Virus record (IMG/VR): IMGVR_UViG_3300011336_000149
Coordinates: 1 to 39,256 of that record
From: a virus
Lineage: Duplodnaviria; Caudoviricetes
Length of the DNA: 39,256 bases
Strand: one strand, 5' to 3'
Each line of letters opens with the position of its first letter. The first letter of the stretch is position 1. The notes under the pieces were generated by a model. The model was given only the letters and a program-made list of their open reading frames with translations. It did not search any database and was not told where the DNA came from. Position numbers and translations under genes: made by a program. Shown piece by piece: positions 15,766 to 25,300 of the stretch.

Positions 15766-17322
15766 ATGGAAATCATTGACGGAAAAGCATTAAAACTTAA
15801 ATTAAAGAACCCGTACAGGGTCTTGAACGTGATACCCAAGAGCGCATTGCTTGAGGAAGGCCCCATCAGTACAGTGATGGTGCACTGGGGTTTGGAAGAA
15901 GCGCAGGTCTTAAAGAACCTGAAGGTCAAGAACGTACCATCCCCCATCGTTGCCAAGTACAGTTGGCCGGGCATCTATCAGCCGTTCACGCATCAGAAAC
16001 AAACAGCCGCGTTTCTTACCCTGCACAGGCGTGCCTTCTGCTTCTCAGAGCCGGGCACGGGCAAGACACTCTCGATCACATGGGCGTGTGATTACTTGAT
16101 GAACACCAAGCACATCAAGCGGGTGCTGATTATCTGCCCCCTATCAATCATGCAGTCAGCGTGGCAAAACGACATCTTCAAAGGTGCGATGCACAGGAAG
16201 GTTGGCATCGCCTATGGCTCAAAAGAAAAGCGGCAGCAAGTAATCAATTCAGATGCAGAGTTTGTCATCATCAACTACGACGGCGTGCCCATTGTGGAAG
16301 ACGACATTGCTAAGGCTAACTTTGACATGGTGGTGATCGATGAGGCCAACGCCTACAAGACCGCAACCACCACACGGTGGCGCACCCTGAACCGGATCGT
16401 CAAACCCAGTATGTGGCTATGGATGTTGACAGGAACCCCTGCCTCACAGTCGCCCCTTGATGCGTATGGTTTGGCTAAGCTAGTTAACCCATCGGCTACA
16501 CCCCGTAGCTTCTCCATGTACCGTGACCAAGTGATGAACAAGATCACTCAGTTTAAGTGGGCACCCAAACGGGAAGCAGAGCAGGTGGTCAGCACACTGC
16601 TTCAGCCTGCCATCAGGTTCACCAAAGAGCAATGCCTTGACCTGCCAGACTTGCTGTACGCAGAGCGTGAAGTTCCCATGACCCCACAGCAGATACGCTA
16701 CTACGAGAAGCTACGCAAGGTGATGGCCATGCAAGCGGCAGGGGAGGAAGTCACGGCGATCAACGCCGCCGCCAAGTTGAACAAGCTATTGCAAATCTCC
16801 TGTGGCGCAGTCGATTCCGACAGTGGTGAGATCGTGACCTTTGATGCCAGTAGCCGCACGGCAGTGCTCAAAGAAGTCATTGACGAATCCAGCCATAAGG
16901 TATTGGTGTTTGCCCCATACCGCCATGCCATTGAGATTCTGTTTGAAGAACTACGCAGGGATGGCTACACAGTGGATGTGATACACGGGGGTGTACCTGC
17001 TGGCAGGCGCACTGAAATCTTTCGCAAGTTCCAAGACGAGCCAGACCCACGGGTGCTTGTCATACAGCCCCAAGCTGCATCACACGGTGTCACCTTACAC
17101 GCGGCAAACACCATTGTTTGGTGGGCGCCCATCACATCCTACGAGACATACGCGCAGGCAAACGCACGTATCCACAGGGCAGGGCAAGTCAACAAATGTT
17201 TGGTTGTCAAGCTCCAAGGAAGTCCAGTAGAAGCCAAGCTGTACAAAGCTTTAGAAACAAAAGAGTTAGCGCAGTTCAATTTGATGGAACTTTATAAAGA
17301 TGAATTCGACCTTAACAAATAA
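15766..17322 (+). CDS. SNF2-family (SF2) helicase
   Basis: Q motif HQ, EPGTGKT, IICP, IDEA, LTGTP, QANARIHRAGQ; GGAG RBS before ATG 15766. Confidence 0.93.
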   Translation: MEIIDGKALKLKLKNPYRVLNVIPKSALLEEGPISTVMVHWGLEEAQVLKNLKVKNVPSPIVAKYSWPGIYQPFTHQKQTAAFLTLHRRAFCFSEPGTGKTLSITWACDYLMNTKHIKRVLIICPLSIMQSAWQNDIFKGAMHRKVGIAYGSKEKRQQVINSDAEFVIINYDGVPIVEDDIAKANFDMVVIDEANAYKTATTTRWRTLNRIVKPSMWLWMLTGTPASQSPLDAYGLAKLVNPSATPRSFSMYRDQVMNKITQFKWAPKREAEQVVSTLLQPAIRFTKEQCLDLPDLLYAEREVPMTPQQIRYYEKLRKVMAMQAAGEEVTAINAAAKLNKLLQISCGAVDSDSGEIVTFDASSRTAVLKEVIDESSHKVLVFAPYRHAIEILFEELRRDGYTVDVIHGGVPAGRRTEIFRKFQDEPDPRVLVIQPQAASHGVTLHAANTIVWWAPITSYETYAQANARIHRAGQVNKCLVVKLQGSPVEAKLYKALETKELAQFNLMELYKDEFDLNK

Positions 17323-17336
17323 ATTTATGGAGGTAC

Positions 17337-17364
17337 TTGACAAAGTAAAGATAAGATGTATGAT
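17337..17364 (+). promoter_or_regulatory. Putative sigma70 promoter for the 17392-18872 genes
   Basis: TTGACA-N16-TATGAT in the intergenic gap. Confidence 0.6.
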
Positions 17365-17391
17365 TAACCAAAAAACGAAACGGAAAGCAAC

Positions 17392-17781
17392 ATGGATATA
17401 ACAGCAGATAAATTAGTACGCGTATACATTAAGATGCGCGATGCCCGTGCCGCCCTCAAAGCGAAGTACGAAGCAGAAGACCTTGCAATCAAAGAGCAAA
17501 TGGGTTTGGTTGAATCAAACTTGCTTGAGACTTGCAAAGCAACGGGAGCCGAGAGTATCAAGACGGCCCACGGCACAGCAATACGTACAGTGCAAACACG
17601 CTACTGGACAGGCGACTGGGCTGCAATGCACAAATTCATCCGTGACCATGACGCACTCGACTTAGTTGAGAGGCGCATATCGCAGTTGAATATGAAAGAG
17701 TTCCTACGGGAAAATCCTGATGTACTTCCAACGGGATTGAACGTGGATCACAAATATACTGTAACTGTCAGGAGAAGCTAA
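17392..17781 (+). CDS. Conserved phage replication-module hypothetical protein (N-terminal coiled coil)
   Basis: Clean ORF after the promoter; SIKT.HGT...DW.....FI......L...RI pattern. Confidence 0.82.
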   Translation: MDITADKLVRVYIKMRDARAALKAKYEAEDLAIKEQMGLVESNLLETCKATGAESIKTAHGTAIRTVQTRYWTGDWAAMHKFIRDHDALDLVERRISQLNMKEFLRENPDVLPTGLNVDHKYTVTVRRS

Positions 17782-17782
17782 A

Positions 17783-18001
17783 TTGGAAACTGCACTTACG
17801 TTGGCGCAGGTGGCGAAGCTATTGCAAGTCGCACCGTCAACTGTTCACGCGCTTATTAAGGAAGAGAATCCTGAGAAGCGTATACCTTTCATTCGCGTTG
17901 GTAAGAACTATCGATTCTTCGCTAGTGACCTTGCCAAATTTTTTAACATTGACTTAGAAATCATTAACACTTTCATCAAAAAGGAAACACCAAATGTCTG
18001 A
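17783..18001 (+). CDS. Excisionase-like (HTH_17) DNA-binding protein
   Basis: LTLAQVAKLLQVAPSTV....IPFIRVGKNYRF; AGGAG RBS, TTG start. Confidence 0.82.
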   Translation: METALTLAQVAKLLQVAPSTVHALIKEENPEKRIPFIRVGKNYRFFASDLAKFFNIDLEIINTFIKKETPNV

Positions 18002-18872
18002 TCTCGCTCTCTTCTCCCAAGGTGGTAACACCCTCCCAGCCCACTTGCGTAACCTTGAACTGGACGCAACAACCAAAGCCCTAATGGGTGGCGGTGGCAC
18101 AGGCAAACGTATCTCTATCCGTGGCGGTGTATTCCGCATGATTGTTGGCGGTAAAGAAGTTGCACAGAATGACGAACGCGCCATGAACGTGGTAGTCGTG
18201 CGCTCTGCTGAAAAAACATCACGCCAATACTATGCAGGCACTTACGTAGAAGGCCAGAACTCTGCGCCCTCTTGCTCATCCAACGATGGTGTAGCGCCCG
18301 ACAAAGGTGTGAAAGACCCACAAAGCACAAGTTGCCAGAACTGCCAACAGAACATTAAGGGTTCTGGTCAGGGCGATAGCCGTGCTTGCCGTTTCAACCA
18401 GCGCATTGCCGTGGCCTTGGAAAACAATCTGTCAGGTGATGTGTATCAGTTGTCATTGCCCGGTCAGTCAATCTTCGGCACAGGCGATAACGGCAAGATG
18501 CCACTGCAACAGTACGCCAAGTTCTTGGGCGGTCATGGTATCCCCGTCACAGCCGTTGTGACTGAGATGCGTTTTGATACATCCAGTGCAACACCCAAGC
18601 TGACCTTCCGCGCTGTGCGCCCCTTGTCTGTGGAAGAATTGGCCGAGAGCAAGGCTCAAGGTGACTCAGCCGATGCGTTAGCCGCTGTAACGCAAACCGT
18701 AGCGCAGGTTGATGGTGATGCACCGAAGCCTTCTCCTTTCATTGAACCTGCCGCTAAGCCTGCCGCTAAAACAGAAGCTGTTGACGAGCCTGTCAAACGT
18801 GCCGTGAAGAAAACGGAATCCAAAGACGTAGCTTCTGTGCTTGACGCATGGGCAGACGACAGCGACGAGTAA
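17994..18872 (+). CDS. Putative ssDNA-binding/annealing protein with Zn-binding Cys and acidic tail
   Basis: C..CxxC..C cluster, flexible A/P/K linker, C-terminal AWADDSDE; located in the replication module. Confidence 0.65.
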   Translation: MSDLALFSQGGNTLPAHLRNLELDATTKALMGGGGTGKRISIRGGVFRMIVGGKEVAQNDERAMNVVVVRSAEKTSRQYYAGTYVEGQNSAPSCSSNDGVAPDKGVKDPQSTSCQNCQQNIKGSGQGDSRACRFNQRIAVALENNLSGDVYQLSLPGQSIFGTGDNGKMPLQQYAKFLGGHGIPVTAVVTEMRFDTSSATPKLTFRAVRPLSVEELAESKAQGDSADALAAVTQTVAQVDGDAPKPSPFIEPAAKPAAKTEAVDEPVKRAVKKTESKDVASVLDAWADDSDE

Positions 18873-18879
18873 ACCAATC

Positions 18880-18936
18880 GGGGGGAAACCCGTGCAAAGG
18901 TTCTTCGGAGCTTGCAGACGAGCGGGCGGTACCCCC
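18880..18936 (+). ncRNA. Compact structured RNA hairpin with cUUCGg loop
   Basis: Nested stems GGGGG/CCCCC, CCCG/CGGG, UGCAA/UUGCA and GUUC-UUCG-GAGC. Confidence 0.6.
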
Positions 18937-18954
18937 ACCCAACGAAAGACAGCG

Positions 18955-19179
18955 ATGATTGGTTACACATTAGCCACCGTGCTAAGAAACAAACAAGCTG
19001 ATGGAAAGTTAACCGGTGTAAAAATCGGCAGGGCTTGCATCAAGAAAAACATATCGGTGAAGAAGGTTGCCGAGATTGCAGGGGTTACGAAGATAACCGT
19101 TTATGCGTGGTTTGCGGGTGAGTATTCACCACGCCCTGAAACCGCCAAGAAAATCCAAAACTATATTGACCGCCATTAA
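18955..19179 (+). CDS. XRE/Cro-like helix-turn-helix protein
   Basis: ISVKKVAEIAGVTKITVYAWFAGEYSP. Confidence 0.85.
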   Translation: MIGYTLATVLRNKQADGKLTGVKIGRACIKKNISVKKVAEIAGVTKITVYAWFAGEYSPRPETAKKIQNYIDRH

Positions 19180-19193
19180 ACCGAATCACCCCT

Positions 19194-22052
19194 ATGACAT
19201 TGACCGAATTTTTAAATGCGGTGTTGCCGGATACTGGCAAATACTGCGCGGTCGGCATCAAGCAGGAGAAGTTACGTACACGGTTCGCATCTGACATTCC
19301 CTCTCTCATCACAGAAATACAGGACATCTATGGCGCTGACGCTGACACGTACTATGCGATGTTTTCGTTTGACCCTGAAGTTGTTCCACCCCGTAGGCTA
19401 GCTGCCAACGCATACAGAGCCAAAGCATTTTGGCTTGATCTAGACTGTGGCCCCAACAAAGATTACGCATCACGTGATCTGGCAATGGCGGCACTGGGAC
19501 AGTTCTGCGCTGACTTGAATTTGCCACAACCCATCTGCATCAACTCTGGTAACGGGGTGCATGTGTATTGGGTATTGCCTGAGAGTATTGATAAGAACAC
19601 ATGGCTACCTGTAGCCAAGCGTTTGAAAGATGTATGCGTTGAACGTGGGCTTCATGCTGACCCTTCTTGCACAACTGACATGGCGCGTATCCTTCGCGTG
19701 CCAGAAACCCACAACTTTAAAAAACCTGACAACCCACTTCCAGTGGAGTACATGGTTGGTGATGGCAAGGTTGACCTGTTTGATTTTGCCGCCGCCCTAG
19801 GTGCGCCCGAGCCAAGCCAGTCTACTGACGCGTTGCCCTTTGAAGTACCTGACTACATAAAAAATGCTGGGCCTGACGCGACCAGCAAAGCCCTGATGGG
19901 GCAGAACAATTCGTATCGCTTTGAAAAGATTATTGCCCTGAAGGTTGAGGGATGTGCCCAACTCAATCACATCATGGAGCACCAGAAGCAGGTGCCAGAA
20001 CCTTTGTGGCGTGGTGGCCTATCCATTGCCAATCTTTGCGTAGACCGTGACACCGCCATCCACGAGATGTCGAATCAGCATGACAGCTACAGCCCCCATG
20101 AGACTGACCGCAAAGCAAGCGAAACCAAAGGCCCCTATACCTGCTCAACGTTTGATGACCTCAGACCCGGTGGCTGCAAAGACTGTAAGCACAAGGGCAA
20201 GTTTGGCTCACCCATCGTGTTGGGTAAAGAGATCATTGAAGCAACTGAAGAAGACAACACCATCACAACGGTGGATTCCAATTCAAAAGATATGCGGGTG
20301 TACAACATACCTGCGTACCCCTTTCCCTTTTTTCGTGGCAAGTACGGTGGCATCTACCGCCGAGGCGACCCCAACAAAACGGAAGAAGAGGGTAACGATA
20401 AGCTAGTCTATGAGAACGACTTCTATGTGGTCAAGCGTATGCACGACCCTGTGGCAGGTGAAGTTCTCTGGATGCGCTTGCATTTGCCAAAAGATGGCGT
20501 GCGTGAGTTCTCTGTGCCGTTGGTTAGCGTGCTGTCGAAAGACCGCTTTCGTGATGCCATCGCAACGCAGGGTATGGCGGTGCTAGGTAAGACCGTCGAT
20601 GAGTTAATGTTTTATGTTTCACGTTGGGTAAAGGAATTACAAATTATGGGACAAGCCGAAAAAGTACGTAGCCAGTTTGGTTGGACAGAAGAGAAGACGT
20701 TCATCCTTGGTGACCGCGAGATCACAAAGACTGGGGTTAAATACAGCCCCCCTGCAAGTTCAATCTTGCATGCCTGTTCGTTGCTGACAAAGAAGGGTGA
20801 ACTGGATGAGTGGAAGTCAGTTGTTAACTTCTACAACAACAACGGTATGGAAGCCCAAGCCTTTGCGTTTATGCTAGGGTTTGGCAGTGTGCTGATGCCA
20901 TTCACTCAGGTGCGTGGTGGTATCGTTAACTTGATGAGTCCGGGTTCTGGCACAGGCAAATCAACTGTGCAGATGGCTATCAACAGTATCTGGGGGCAAC
21001 CGTTCGACCTGCTACTGCAAAACGATGATACGTACAACGCCAAGATTCACCGCTTCGGTGTGTTGAACAACCTGCCTGCAACCATTGACGAGATCACCAA
21101 CATGCGTGATGAGATGGTGTCGCAGTTGGCATACGCTATCACCCAAGGTCGTGGCAAGAACCGCATGGAATCTCAGACCAACGCTGAGCGCATGAACAAT
21201 ACCTTCTGGCGCTTGCTTGCGATCACTTCCTCAAATAGTAGTTTGTACGATAAGTTGTTTTCCCTGAAGGAATTTCCTGAAGGCGAGATGATGCGTATCA
21301 TTGAGTTGAAGATCAGCCGTGATGAGAAGCACTCAAAAGAGTTTACCGATGCACTGTTTGGCAAGCTGTTCACAAACTATGGCCATGCCGGTGAAGCTTT
21401 CCTGAAGTATGTGGTCAGCAACCTGCCTGAAGTTTTGGAAACCCTGCGTGATGTGCAACTGCGTTTGGATACAGCGGCAGGCTTGGGTCAGCGTGAACGC
21501 TTCTGGTCATCGATTGGTGCGCTGGGTATCACGGGTGGCTTGATTGCCAACCAACTGGGGCTGATTGACTTTGACGTCAAGCGCATCTTTAACTGGCTTG
21601 TGACCCTGCTCAAGAACAACAAGGGCGACATCAAGGCGGCTCCGACAGATGGCGCTACAGCCGTGGGTTCCTTTGTCATGGCCAACATCAACAACATCCT
21701 GTTGGTTAGGGATAACCCTGCTGAGAATGGTCTGCCCACTGCACCCGTCAGAGAGCCAAGGGGTGAGTTGCTGATCCGGTACGAGCTTGATACCAAGCGC
21801 CTGTTCATTGTGCAAAAGAAGTTTAAAGAATGGTGCGCCAAGAATCAGGTCAGCTATCACGATACGATCAATGCCCTGCGCAACACGGGTGTGGCTGTAG
21901 ATTCTGTAAAGAAGCGTATGGCAAAGGGTACGCTGATGGCAGCACCTCCCGTCAATGCGTTGTTGATTGATGACACCATGAGCCATGTATTTGATGCGGA
22001 AGCAATACTGGCCATGCCAATTGAAGATGACGAAGATAGAAAAGCCGCTTGA
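19194..22052 (+). CDS. Primase-helicase (AEP/RepB-like primase, DUF927-like region, P-loop helicase)
   Basis: WLDLD, SGNGVHVYW, RILRVP.T.N.K, Cys cluster, Walker A GSGTGKST, Walker B ATIDE. Confidence 0.9.
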   Translation: MTLTEFLNAVLPDTGKYCAVGIKQEKLRTRFASDIPSLITEIQDIYGADADTYYAMFSFDPEVVPPRRLAANAYRAKAFWLDLDCGPNKDYASRDLAMAALGQFCADLNLPQPICINSGNGVHVYWVLPESIDKNTWLPVAKRLKDVCVERGLHADPSCTTDMARILRVPETHNFKKPDNPLPVEYMVGDGKVDLFDFAAALGAPEPSQSTDALPFEVPDYIKNAGPDATSKALMGQNNSYRFEKIIALKVEGCAQLNHIMEHQKQVPEPLWRGGLSIANLCVDRDTAIHEMSNQHDSYSPHETDRKASETKGPYTCSTFDDLRPGGCKDCKHKGKFGSPIVLGKEIIEATEEDNTITTVDSNSKDMRVYNIPAYPFPFFRGKYGGIYRRGDPNKTEEEGNDKLVYENDFYVVKRMHDPVAGEVLWMRLHLPKDGVREFSVPLVSVLSKDRFRDAIATQGMAVLGKTVDELMFYVSRWVKELQIMGQAEKVRSQFGWTEEKTFILGDREITKTGVKYSPPASSILHACSLLTKKGELDEWKSVVNFYNNNGMEAQAFAFMLGFGSVLMPFTQVRGGIVNLMSPGSGTGKSTVQMAINSIWGQPFDLLLQNDDTYNAKIHRFGVLNNLPATIDEITNMRDEMVSQLAYAITQGRGKNRMESQTNAERMNNTFWRLLAITSSNSSLYDKLFSLKEFPEGEMMRIIELKISRDEKHSKEFTDALFGKLFTNYGHAGEAFLKYVVSNLPEVLETLRDVQLRLDTAAGLGQRERFWSSIGALGITGGLIANQLGLIDFDVKRIFNWLVTLLKNNKGDIKAAPTDGATAVGSFVMANINNILLVRDNPAENGLPTAPVREPRGELLIRYELDTKRLFIVQKKFKEWCAKNQVSYHDTINALRNTGVAVDSVKKRMAKGTLMAAPPVNALLIDDTMSHVFDAEAILAMPIEDDEDRKAA

Positions 22053-22245
22053 AATTGAAGGGGTACAGGTTCAAGTTGAGTGGCTTAAGTTCCGTATTGG
22101 CACTTCATTCTTCCTGCCCTGTATCGCTCATGAACGAATGATACGAAGTATCACCCAACGTGCCGAAGACCGAGGCTTTAGGGTCAAGACCCTTGCCCGT
22201 ATAGAAAATGGTATGTGGGGTATTCGGGTTTGGCGAATTGCATGA
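22027..22245 (+). CDS. Small conserved phage protein (W..F.IG.SFF.P...GIRVWR)
   Basis: Overlaps the end of the primase gene; recognisable pattern. Confidence 0.8.
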   Translation: MTKIEKPLEIEGVQVQVEWLKFRIGTSFFLPCIAHERMIRSITQRAEDRGFRVKTLARIENGMWGIRVWRIA

Positions 22246-22290
22246 TAGGATAAACCGCACCCTAAAAAGTGCAGTTGCTTTTCTCCTCTT

Positions 22291-22318
22291 ACCCCCGGCT
22301 AAACCCCGGGGGTTTTTT
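22291..22318 (+). terminator. Rho-independent terminator at the convergence of the replication and late arms
   Basis: ACCCCCGG-ctaaacc-CCGGGGGT followed by TTTTT. Confidence 0.88.
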
Positions 22319-25300
22319 ACTTGTTCGCCTTACTTAGATCACGTAAGTCTTTATCAAGTGCGCGGATTTTTGACACGGCTTCTATGTCAAGTTTATCCAA
22401 TATATCAATAGTAGCGCGGCGTTCTTTACCGTCCATATTGAGTGCTTCTGGAGATGCAGTTTCGTAGAAAACACGTTGCTTACGAATTGCAGTAAGTTGT
22501 TTTAAAGTTGCGTTTAACGTTGGCATTGCCAAAATATATGGTTCATTTTTTGCATAGTATTCAACGGCTTTTTTTGGATTAGTATCTTTCATACTTAAAT
22601 AAGTGTTGTTTGCGCGACTTACTTTTTCTTGCAAATCAAAGAACTCGTTTTTAGCGCGGCCACCCGTAGTGTCGTATACAAACAAACTTGCAAACGGCAT
22701 TTGATGCAGGGGGCGGTCAGCGCGTGTTGGGTTAATCAATGCATCAGTCATCAGCAATGTGGATGAGCCTGCAATACCAAACAACCCACGCAGTAAGTTA
22801 TCCACCTTGATGGGGGAAACTTCTACAATCTTTGTACCCGCTACGTTACCAAGCTGCTGCGAAAGTGCGCCAATAGATTTGGCCAACTCAGATGTGCTTG
22901 GTGTAAACCGCTGTGATGGGTCAAGTCTTTGCATAGAAGCTGACTCCAACTCACGTTGCAAGAAGAACGAATAATTGGTCATATTCTCAAGTATGGGCTT
23001 GAGTTGCGCAGGTGTAGCGTTGGGCGTGCCGTACGCAGACACACCACCCTTGACAATCGTGCCAAGCAGGTTGAGGATGCTTTGCTCTTCGTCTGTGCCG
23101 TAACGACGGTAATAGTTGACCAAGCGTTCTGGAATTGACTTAAACAAGAAACCAATTTCCTTTGGCAACGGAATCTTCTTGTCTGAGTGCGGGATCAGGA
23201 AGTTGTTGTCACGCACTTCATCAGTTGCGTTCTTATAACCTTCATCATCACCAAACGCCAAGGCATACATAAAGCCAAGTGCAGTCAGCTTCATAGCCAT
23301 CTTGTAAAACTGCTTACGTGCATCTGCACGCTCTGAACCTGTTGCAGAATCCAAACCACTTGCTGTGCGGTAGGTAACATCCATACCCTGTGCGTATGCG
23401 TTCATGAACGGCACCACACGGCTTAGCGTACGGATAGTGGGGTCGGAACCACGGCGGCTGAAGTTAATCAACTCACGGGCGCGAAGCTGTGCAAGGTCTT
23501 TGTCACCACCTGTGATGTTGCCATCACCATCCCGTTTGCCACCTGTCTCAAGCAAAGTCTCTTCAAACACAGCCAATCGTGCGGCAAGGTCAGATGCTTT
23601 GGTTATCTTTTCAAGTACGTGGTACACCTTGGCCGACCAACCACGTTTCTCTGCGCCAGCCGCAATCTTAATGTCTTGCGCGGGGTTGATGATGTTGACA
23701 TCGTAGTCACCAATAATACCAAGCTGCTCCATCATACGCACGAGAGGCATTTTCTTGCTAACACCTAAAGCTTGCAGGGCATCAGATGTCAGCAAACGTG
23801 GGAAGTTGTACAACGTCTTCATGCCAGTAACTAAGGGGCGTTCAACACCTGAGTTAAACATGGAACGCTGCGCATCTTCAATGACCTGTTTGATTGAGAA
23901 GGCGGGGAAAGCCGTCACACCAATACGCACCCAACGCGCCGCAGGTATAAGTGAACCCACCAGCCAACCTGTTAATTCAGGCGCGGCTTGGAATGCTTCG
24001 TAGTCAGCTACGCTTTCTACTTCAAACTCTACGGGTTTACCCTCACGATAAACTTTGACAGTCAAAGCTTTGTTGCCCGGTACTTCTTTGGGTTTAAGTT
24101 CTTTTGCAAACCCGCCCAACGCCATCGTATCTAGCACGTTGTAAGAAGCATTGTTGTTTGCAGCTTCCGTAATCATCCAACCCAAGCGGCTGGTGTAGGA
24201 GTCAAATACATTTTTAATGGGGCGTTCAAATGAACCTTCCATGCCGGGGATATTGCGCAGAGTTGCAATTCCGTAGGAGCCACGACCTTTAATAGGTGTT
24301 TCAGATTCCACAAACACACGATCAAACGGCACGTACGCGGCGTTGTCTTTCCAGAACTGACCCTGTTCTTTGGTAATCCGACCAGCCGCAACCATCAAGT
24401 CGATTGCTTGCGTGCGCGTTGCATTGAGCGTGTCAAGGATAGCCTTAATTTCAGGTGACTTCTGGAAGGCCGCTTCTAACGTATCAATGTCAGCGTTGTC
24501 CATGTGGCGTGCTAACTTCTTCTTGCGTTCAGCATCGGCTTCTTTATTCTTACCCTGTTGTTCAAGGATCAAGGCAGATGCTTCCAAAGGCTTGTCGTGC
24601 TCTTCGCGCATGTTGTGCAGGCGATGGCCTTCCAACAAAGAAGATACATAAGACTCAGCGTCCTTGTAAGTCATGTCATTTTTAGCGGCCAGATCAACCA
24701 ATTGTTCAACTGCGCCCTGCAAAGATTCTTTGGTATCTACAGTTTCAATCAAACCACTCTTACCAAACTTGATACCACCGGCCTTGTAGAAATCAAGCAC
24801 CAGCTTACGGGCTTCTTCCGCTTGGCGTGCCAACACCATAGGGTTCAGATCACCAAAGGCGTTCTTGTAGCCCTTAGAGAACAACTGGTTAACCTTGGCA
24901 CTGACTGTTGCAAACTTGTCAGCGGTCTTTTGGCGTGCAAGTAGCTTGGCTTTGTCGCGTGTCTCGACTTCACCTACGCTCTTGAGTTGCTGAACCAGCG
25001 TCTTCTTCTCTGGCTCTTTATACTTTGCAGGCGTCTTATCCTGAATAGCCTGTACCGCACGGCGGGTGTTCTCATCGATACCACCGGGTATAGAGTAACG
25101 GATATTGGGGTTGGTGGGGTCATATGTGCCAATGTTGCCAATAGCAGATTTAATTTGGGTAGGTTCAAACGCAATATAAATTGTGTCCGAAGGTACGTCT
25201 TCCTTACGCCATTTCGCAATCAACCGTTGAATCCAACCCGGCTGCTGTTTACCATCGTATGTGTTCTTAATGATGACACCGTCATGGCCGTCTTGCTTGG

